Source of the DNA: a virus
Taxonomy: Duplodnaviria; Caudoviricetes
Virus record (IMG/VR): IMGVR_UViG_3300037420_002493
Span: 1 to 64,000 of that record
Length of the DNA stretch: 64,000 nt
Direction: 5' to 3' (one strand)
The notes beneath the pieces are model-generated. The model was not told the origin of the DNA. It made no database searches and saw only the letters and a list, made by a program, of their open reading frames with translations. Shown here in pieces: positions 58,136 through 64,000 of this stretch. Each line of letters opens with the position of its first letter. Position 1 is the first letter of the stretch. Made by a program: the position numbers and the translations under genes.

Positions 58136-58188
58136 TTCCGCTGAAGCGGAACCTAAATTTAAAAGTTCCGCTTGACCGGAATCTAAAT
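58136..58188. repeat. Two 23-bp imperfect direct repeats TTCCGCT..A.CGGAA.CTAAAT (period 30)
   Basis: 58136-58158 and 58166-58188. Confidence 0.65.
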
Positions 58189-58446
58189 ACTGCCTGCACG
58201 CTGCAGTAGTGGAATGAGTTCTGGAGCTGTTTCAACGATCGCGGCAATATCACGATCGACAAAACTCTTTCCTGCAATCAGGCACTCGTCCACCGAAGCA
58301 AACCGACGGCTTAAAGGTGTGTCTCCAATTTCGTCCCCGAACGGATTGAGGACAGTTGCTTCAAAATGCTCAGAATGCTCAACGGGCACAATCAAGTAGC
58401 CGCGCCATTTCTGGGAAAATTGATAACGATAAATTCCATCCATCAT
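58183..58446 (-). CDS. Hypothetical protein (paralog of 24569-24838)
   Basis: See 24569. Confidence 0.7.
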   Translation of the reverse strand: MMDGIYRYQFSQKWRGYLIVPVEHSEHFEATVLNPFGDEIGDTPLSRRFASVDECLIAGKSFVDRDIAAIVETAPELIPLLQRAGSI

Positions 58447-58664
58447 TGTGCCTCTAGTTCTGATTCGTGGGCGGTGTCCTCAAAAGACGGTTCGCAATTG
58501 GCATCAAATTCAATGAAGTAGGTGAACCCTGGAAGCCGCCAGAATGAACCATTTGAGCGACGAGTATAAAAAATTCCGTAGATGATGCCGGACTCACCCT
58601 GAGTTGTTGTAACGCGCTGGTCTAAGCCGAATTGGGGGTTAGGGAATGATAAATTATTAACCAT
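58443..58664 (-). CDS. Small SH3/KOW-like protein (paralog of 24367-24576)
   Basis: See 24367; start MVNNL. Confidence 0.7.
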   Translation of the reverse strand: MVNNLSFPNPQFGLDQRVTTTQGESGIIYGIFYTRRSNGSFWRLPGFTYFIEFDANCEPSFEDTAHESELEAQ

Positions 58665-59008
58665 GTTCAATCCTCTCCAGAGGGGCAAGTGGACAGAGGG
58701 GGCGATTCGCGTGGCTTTGGTAGGTTAGCGATCGTCCCTTTGAAATTGAAATCGGTCACGTCTGACCGATTTGGTGAAGTTTTTCCCTAAAAATTTGGTT
58801 TTGGTAGCCACAAATGCGCTTGCTACGTTTCATGCTTGTTGCTTCTCGAAAGAGGGGTGATTTTTATTTGTACATCCCTAAGATGTGGGTTCTTTAGGTC
58901 AATCTACTCTTCACGTAGATTTTTGTCAAACTCACAAGTAGATTAATAGTATTGACACGTCAATTTACTACGCTAGACTTTGAGAAGTACACTTTAAGAG
59001 ACGAGTAT

Positions 59009-59272
59009 ATGGAAGAAATCAAGGTGATCCACTGGAAGTTAAACGAGGTGATGGCACGAAAACGTGTCCGAAATAAAGAATTGGCGACGGCTCTAGGAAT
59101 CTCGGAGAACTCTGTCTATAGACTCCGCAAAACGGATGAAATGCCACGTTTAACCCCAGACAGGCTGAATGGAATTTGCACGGCGTTAAGTTGTCAGCCT
59201 GGTGAACTTCTGCAATGGGAGCCTGACAGCGAAAAGGATCGCAAGGTGATTCCGATCGTGGAGGCAAGTTAG
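59009..59272 (+). CDS. XRE (HTH_26-like) regulator
   Basis: WKL.EVMA.....NKELA.ALG...NSV.RL....L.GIC.AL.CQPGELL. Confidence 0.88.
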   Translation: MEEIKVIHWKLNEVMARKRVRNKELATALGISENSVYRLRKTDEMPRLTPDRLNGICTALSCQPGELLQWEPDSEKDRKVIPIVEAS

Positions 59273-59376
59273 CGCTGGGAATATGAACACCTTGAAAGTC
59301 AAGCCCTTCACGATTCTGGAGGGCTATTATTTTGCTCGTTTTTCTACGCGAGACTTGGAAAAATCTACTTGAGGTA

Positions 59377-59464
59377 TTGACATTTGTTCTACGTCTGGCG
59401 TAGATTAGATGCATGAGAGCAAACACACCTCAACGCTCTCCCAAGTATTTAAGGAGTCTTTCAA
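59377..59464 (+). promoter_or_regulatory. Promoter TTGACA-18-TAGATT plus leader hairpin GAGAGC...GCTCTC-CCAAG (copy 2)
   Basis: Leader matches 30744-30783. Confidence 0.6.
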
Positions 59465-59992
59465 ATGCTGAATATCGCAAACCTTGCTACTGCTTCTCTG
59501 GCTCAACTCAAGTCCTTCGCCTCTGAGCACGGGATCAACCCCGTGGGTGACAAGCGCCTACTGACCACATGGCGCGATGCAGTTCAAGACTTCTTTGCTG
59601 CTACCGCTAAGGAAGCCGTTTCTCTCACGCAGGAGACGATCGAGGGTGCGATTGAATGCGCCCGTGAAGTCGTCACCCATGACAACACGGTGGTTGCTGC
59701 AAATGCCGCCTATACCTGGACACGCAAGGCAGTCAAGTTCACCGTCAAAGCGGCATGGTCATCAATTCTGGTGGGTATCGCTCTCATCTGCATTGCCGTA
59801 GACCTTTGGCAAACCCGATCGGAAGTGAAGGAAGTTTTGATAACTGTCTACCGACGCCAAGTGTCACGGATGCAGGACAGATGGTGCATCTGGCGAGAAA
59901 TGGGCGACGCGGTAATTCAGGTGCACGTCACCGAAAGAATTGTCGACTACCGTGAGCGGCTCCAAGCCATGGCTCGCGCTGCTGCCAAGTAA
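59465..59992 (+). CDS. Paralog of 31113-31625
   Basis: See 31113. Confidence 0.75.
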   Translation: MLNIANLATASLAQLKSFASEHGINPVGDKRLLTTWRDAVQDFFAATAKEAVSLTQETIEGAIECAREVVTHDNTVVAANAAYTWTRKAVKFTVKAAWSSILVGIALICIAVDLWQTRSEVKEVLITVYRRQVSRMQDRWCIWREMGDAVIQVHVTERIVDYRERLQAMARAAAK

Positions 59993-60242
59993 GTTTTCGG
60001 GCTGAAGCCTACAGCCCCAAGTGAAGGCAGATACGACAAAGCGATCGCCACTCTTTGGACGGATAAGCGATCGCCCCGCAAACCCTAGTTAAAGGTTCTC
60101 CCATCATGGTATCTCAATCTCTCAATCTCAAAGCTGCTCACATCAAAGCCGGTCTAGACAAACGCGATCTTCAGTACCTTGGCAACGCCACCGTCCCCAC
60201 CAGCCGCCCAGCCACCTATCGAGGACGGACGATCGACTAGAG

Positions 60243-60506
60243 ATGATGCGGGCATCTCGCCCGCTCCTCAGTCATCGGCATTCAGCCATGATCAGCACTA
60301 TTTCCCCGATCGTCCACGCTGACGAGCTTATTGAAGGAATCGTCATTCAGCATCTTGGCGAAACCTGGAAAGTCTACAGCGCTCCCGTGTACACCGATCG
60401 CGGCATCGAGTTCGACGTTTTGCCGCTTTCCTCGAATAGTCCTACTCGAACAGTTCAGTTTGATCCGCAATGGCGCTTCACCCGCGTCCCAAATCGGTCA
60501 CGCTGA
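60243..60506 (+). CDS. Hypothetical protein; start uncertain
   Basis: Stop supplied by palindrome 60491. Confidence 0.45.
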   Translation: MMRASRPLLSHRHSAMISTISPIVHADELIEGIVIQHLGETWKVYSAPVYTDRGIEFDVLPLSSNSPTRTVQFDPQWRFTRVPNRSR

Positions 60507-60599
60507 CCGATTTCACTTTACTAAATCAAACGGGCAACTGCTTCCGACTCGCAATCTTGACAGTTGCCCCAACCCCCGAACTTTAAAGGAGTTGTTATT

Positions 60600-60824
60600 A
60601 TGCTACGACACATTATTTCTGCTGCTTCTGTTCCCACGATCGTTGCTACTTCTGCCCTACTCCCCTCCGTTGCTCATGCCCACGGGACTTTCAAGGAGTG
60701 TATCGACGAAGCTGGGCGCATCTACGCGCAGAATATCAAGAATGGAACGCCCCGTGATGCGGCGGCTGCACTGTTTGCTTCGGACATAGCAGGCTGTGAG
60801 GCAGAATTCAAAGCCAAACGCTAA
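60600..60824 (+). CDS. Small secreted-like protein
   Basis: AAGGAG RBS, signal-peptide-like N-terminus, two Cys. Confidence 0.55.
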   Translation: MLRHIISAASVPTIVATSALLPSVAHAHGTFKECIDEAGRIYAQNIKNGTPRDAAAALFASDIAGCEAEFKAKR

Positions 60825-60897
60825 TATCCCTCGATCGTGTCGTGTGTTTCCTGTTCCTAATCCACAAATCAGGAGCAATATTAATCTGGAGTCGATC

Positions 60898-61272
60898 ATG
60901 AACAACGAAGATCTTAAAAAACTGAAGCAAGACTGGTACAGCGAAGCGTCCAGCAATGGCACGATCGCAATGCTTTGGAAGATTGCGAAGGAACTTGGAA
61001 CGAGTCTGAATGCCAAGTGCCCTCCCAAGTGGCAATGGACGCAAGGCAATATAAAGATTTACGCCGATGGCTATGGCAACTATCTAACCGTTCACGTAGC
61101 TGGGAAAGAGGTTGTCTCGACTCACGAAACCGAGCGCTTGTTTGTTCCGGGCGACTGGTTGAAGGAGATTCAACCGTTTGTCTCAGAGGCTGAGTCTCAC
61201 GCCTTAGAGCAGCGTCGAATCCGGTATCAATCCGAACGCCAAAAATTATTGGAAGAACTTGGGTTGATTTAA
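60898..61272 (+). CDS. Hypothetical protein
   Basis: 124 aa from MNNED. Confidence 0.65.
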   Translation: MNNEDLKKLKQDWYSEASSNGTIAMLWKIAKELGTSLNAKCPPKWQWTQGNIKIYADGYGNYLTVHVAGKEVVSTHETERLFVPGDWLKEIQPFVSEAESHALEQRRIRYQSERQKLLEELGLI

Positions 61273-61318
61273 CGATCGTGTCGTGTGTTCCCTGCCCCTC
61301 TAAAACCCTATAGCTACC

Positions 61319-61513
61319 ATGCTGACAATCAACGATATCCAGAACGCCATCTACCAAGAAGGCTCGATCGCGTTCCTAAACAAAGTTCATGATGCTCTCA
61401 CTCAAATTGGCAAGCATGACCCCTTCTCTGCACATCTGGCAGAACAGATGCAAGAGGTGATTCTCTGGCAAGAAGATTTTTCTCAATTTCAAGACGCTGA
61501 TCTTGTTGCTTAA
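61319..61513 (+). CDS. Hypothetical protein
   Basis: 64 aa. Confidence 0.55.
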   Translation: MLTINDIQNAIYQEGSIAFLNKVHDALTQIGKHDPFSAHLAEQMQEVILWQEDFSQFQDADLVA

Positions 61514-61524
61514 ATCGGTCAGCT

Positions 61525-61929
61525 ATGACCGATTTGCTGAACCATATTAAGTTGCTCCTAAAAATGCTGAAATTATCCGAATATCCCAGCGCGATCGCTG
61601 ACGCTTCAATGGCTGTAAACGATGCTGACGCTCAAATCACAAAACTCAGACGACTTATTGTTCAGGCGGAAAATGCGGCGGATGTCGAAGTTGCCTATGC
61701 TTTAGATCTGAAAAATGATAATCAGCGCAAAGCTAGACGATTGGAGATTCTCAACTCTGATTTGTCTTATCTCGCCACCCTGCAATCGTTAGATGAGGGT
61801 GTTGCCGAGAAGTCGAAGAAAATGGCAGAACTTGAACGGCTTCGGAATGAATTTTCTGTAATCAAATTAGAAACTCGATTGGCGATCGCTCAAATTGGTG
61901 TGGAAGCTCGCGAGTTAGCTGGGCTGTAG
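61525..61929 (+). CDS. Coiled-coil hypothetical protein
   Basis: ATG lies inside palindrome 61512; alternative start 61564. Confidence 0.6.
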   Translation: MTDLLNHIKLLLKMLKLSEYPSAIADASMAVNDADAQITKLRRLIVQAENAADVEVAYALDLKNDNQRKARRLEILNSDLSYLATLQSLDEGVAEKSKKMAELERLRNEFSVIKLETRLAIAQIGVEARELAGL

Positions 61930-61994
61930 TTGGCGATCGTGTCGTGCGTTCCCTGTTTTTAACCACTTTCAAGAATGTATTTCGGGGGCTGATT

Positions 61995-62732
61995 ATGTCA
62001 AAAGGATTCCAAAGCGATGCTGACGAAACCAAGATTCAAATCGGAGTTAAACGTCTTTTACCCTCTGCCAAGCGCAGAGATATTCATGCTTTCGCGGATG
62101 GGGTAAGGCAGCTTCAGCAACGCTATGGTCATGATGTCGCAGATGAGTCAATGCGCCGAGTAATGGAAAGCCATCCAGACATTGCAGACGGGATCATTGA
62201 TGTAATGCCGGATGACATTCAGAGAGAGTTCCACGCGAAGTCGATCGAGATAATGGTTGATGTAATTGAAGAAGCAGGTTTGAAGATCGAAGAAAATATC
62301 AGGGTTTCCGATGAAGGAATTGGATTGACAAAAGCAGCAGTGAAAGCGATCGCTGCAACTGGATATCCTCAAATCAAAAAGTTCGGAGAAGGAAATGAGA
62401 CTCTGGAAGGTATGGGGCTGAAGCGGCTAGGAGGCTTTATGCACCCCTTGTCAGAAACTCATAACGCAAAAGAGCTAGGGCTACCAGAAGATGGCATGAA
62501 TATGTGGGCAGTCGCCAGCATTATTGTCTCTGGCGCGTTTGGATGGATTGAGGCAAGCGTAGAGAAGTGTGAGGGGGCTTTAAAGGAGGCGGTCTTAGTC
62601 GCCGCTCCTACAACAGACGTTGCGACGCTAATGAAGCGTTCTCGGTATGACGATCGGGCGCTTCTGCGGCTCTGCAACCTGGTTCAGTCTGGGATGGACG
62701 CAAAAGCTAGAGCAGTGTTTGAAAGCCGTTAA
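61995..62732 (+). CDS. Hypothetical protein
   Basis: 245 aa from MSKGF. Confidence 0.65.
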   Translation: MSKGFQSDADETKIQIGVKRLLPSAKRRDIHAFADGVRQLQQRYGHDVADESMRRVMESHPDIADGIIDVMPDDIQREFHAKSIEIMVDVIEEAGLKIEENIRVSDEGIGLTKAAVKAIAATGYPQIKKFGEGNETLEGMGLKRLGGFMHPLSETHNAKELGLPEDGMNMWAVASIIVSGAFGWIEASVEKCEGALKEAVLVAAPTTDVATLMKRSRYDDRALLRLCNLVQSGMDAKARAVFESR

Positions 62733-62799
62733 AACCGTCGTCACATATTCCCTATTTTCACAATCGGTCAGCCATGACCCATTCTTTTGGAGAAATGCC

Positions 62800-63501
62800 A
62801 TGCCAACCGTAAAATCTGGCGATCGTATCACCCTTAAACCAGGGAGATTACCGTTAGCAAATCAAGTCCCCGAATGGGGGGACGATCGAGCCTTCAAACC
62901 GTTTGATGACGATCAGGTTTTCACCGTACTTGCGGTCAAAGGCTCCAAAGTTGAACTCGAAGCATACGACCACTTCGAGACTCGTTCCTTCACTTGGTTC
63001 AAGAATGCGATCGCGAAGGTTCAGTCAGCCGATGCTAGCGAGTCTGTCAACACTGCTAGCAGTGAGCCTGCCAAGCCTTCCGTAGATGACGATTGGGACG
63101 CTCCTGATCCTATGCTTGTGAACGATCGAGAAGTTCAGCGAACCAGACGCACTACATTATCGAGTGGTGTCACTGTTGAGTTGGACGATCGACAAAAGCC
63201 AGTCTGGTTTCCAAAAACACCAGAAGAGCTTCAAAAGGAGTCGGAGCCGAAACCGAAGACAATAAAATTCCCAGCTACCCAGGCAGAATTTGCTACAGGC
63301 ATTGCGCCCTATAAAGGGTGTAGTTATTGGGTAGAAGGTCGTCATGCTAAGGGTAAAACTCCTGCCGAGTATTACTATTGCATCCAGCGAAACGGCACCG
63401 TCACAAAATCCGACGTACCGTATGACTCTGTTTACTATGCAGGCAGGTGGGCGCGAGAAGCGATCGATAAACTTGCCGACCTGGAGGGTGTCGCGTCATG
63501 A
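62800..63501 (+). CDS. Hypothetical protein with N-terminal SH3/KOW-like region
   Basis: VKSGDR(I)TL...VF.VLAV.G..VEL. Confidence 0.6.
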   Translation: MPTVKSGDRITLKPGRLPLANQVPEWGDDRAFKPFDDDQVFTVLAVKGSKVELEAYDHFETRSFTWFKNAIAKVQSADASESVNTASSEPAKPSVDDDWDAPDPMLVNDREVQRTRRTTLSSGVTVELDDRQKPVWFPKTPEELQKESEPKPKTIKFPATQAEFATGIAPYKGCSYWVEGRHAKGKTPAEYYYCIQRNGTVTKSDVPYDSVYYAGRWAREAIDKLADLEGVAS

Positions 63502-64000
63502 GGCTTTGTATTCTTGAGAAAGATGGCACGATCGTGGTTCCAAAATCTGGTCATCAGTTTGTTCAATTTCCCAAAGATCAGATTCTGCTTCCAGGCGTGA
63601 AAGAGCGAATCGCCGAAATGAAAGCAGACGACTACACGTTCGTCGTCTGCTCAAACCAAGGTGGGATTGCAGCGGGGCACAAGACGCTTGAAGACACGAT
63701 CGAGGAGATGCGTTATTGCATGAGTCTACTGCCAGACGTTCACGAAGTTTTGTTTTGCCCTGATTTTGAAGGGGAACAGTGCTACCTCATGGAAACAGGC
63801 GACGTAATTGATCTGGCGCATCCCGATATCAATCACTCATTTCGCGGTTTGTTTCGCAAACCAAATCCAGGGATGCTGCAATATGCGATCGCTACCTGTT
63901 TTTGGAAGCCTTGGGACGCGCCTTTTTTTGATAAATGCCTAATGATTGGCGATCGTCCTGAAGATGAGCAGGCTGCTGAAGCGGCAAATATCTCATTCAT
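63498..64000 (+). CDS. HAD-IIIA phosphatase (GmhB/PNKP-like), truncated by window end; absent from ORF track
   Basis: Translated by hand: MRLCILEKDGT..LLPGV..VCSNQGG..FRKPNPGML..MIGDRPEDEQAA. Confidence 0.85.
   Translation, partial: MRLCILEKDGTIVVPKSGHQFVQFPKDQILLPGVKERIAEMKADDYTFVVCSNQGGIAAGHKTLEDTIEEMRYCMSLLPDVHEVLFCPDFEGEQCYLMETGDVIDLAHPDINHSFRGLFRKPNPGMLQYAIATCFWKPWDAPFFDKCLMIGDRPEDEQAAEAANISF

Larger units (their letters stand above)
60832..61955 (+). repeat. Three intergenic 22-bp direct repeats CGATCGTGTCGTGYGTTYCCTG
   Basis: 60832-60853, 61273-61294, 61934-61955, each within a few nt after a stop codon. Confidence 0.9.
3351..62784. repeat. Dispersed 24-bp palindrome family AAATCGGTCA-N(3-4)-TGACCGATTT
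   Basis: Near-complete copies start at 3351, 4048, 8212, 8727, 10951, 20205, 28173, 30348, 31640, 33350, 34146, 38367, 40213, 42908, 48749, 49764, 50192, 54283, 58749, 60491, 61512. Degenerate copy at 62761; half-sites at 3947, 11932, 29669. Confidence 0.97.
1..64000. mobile_element. Cyanophage/prophage with Mu-like head genes and non-contractile tail; both ends lie outside the window
   Basis: Terminases, portal, protease, capsid, tail tube, tape measure, lysis and replication genes throughout. No host housekeeping genes, integrase or sheath seen. HIP1 sites abundant. Confidence 0.93.

Noticed and set aside
3351-62784. 24-bp palindromes as a CRISPR array or integron attC array
   Set aside because: Copies are kilobases apart with irregular spacing; they lack attC R/L box structure and no integron integrase is seen.
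1-64000. Integrase/att sites, Mu transposase, reverse transcriptase (DGR/retron), tRNA or rRNA genes
   Set aside because: No such motifs recognised in any ORF or intergenic region; they may lie outside the window.
1-64000. Numerous 60-110 aa ORFs antisense to or overlapping long genes
   Set aside because: Shadow frames with no motifs or RBS.

Overview
The whole window is phage sequence (prophage, phage-plasmid or virion contig; no host genes, integrase or att site seen). Dense HIP1 (GCGATCGC/CGATCG) points to a cyanobacterial host. It encodes a Mu-like head (terminases, DUF935-type portal, protease/scaffold, capsid, gp36/gp37-like), a tail tube with no sheath, tape measure, tail tip/fibre genes, lysis candidates, a sigma factor, ThyX, DnaB and a replication initiator, in a strongly scrambled order. 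Main discovery: a phage-borne compact type V CRISPR system. A TnpB-derived Cas12-like gene (22409-24367, minus) with a rearranged RuvC-II is followed by a candidate tracrRNA, a leader and a 4-repeat/3-spacer mini-array, with no cas1/cas2. Two spacers clearly, and the third (16 nt) probably, match homologs of this phage's own head genes (ADP-ribosyltransferase, pyrophosphatase-like protein, portal). Many mismatches are at synonymous codon positions and the 5' flank is a shared (A)ATN, suggesting a weapon against sister phages. Second: a 24-bp palindrome (AAATCGGTCA-N3-4-TGACCGATTT) occurs in 21 near-complete copies, mostly at stop codons and module junctions. Product names come from motif recognition by eye; no database searches were run.
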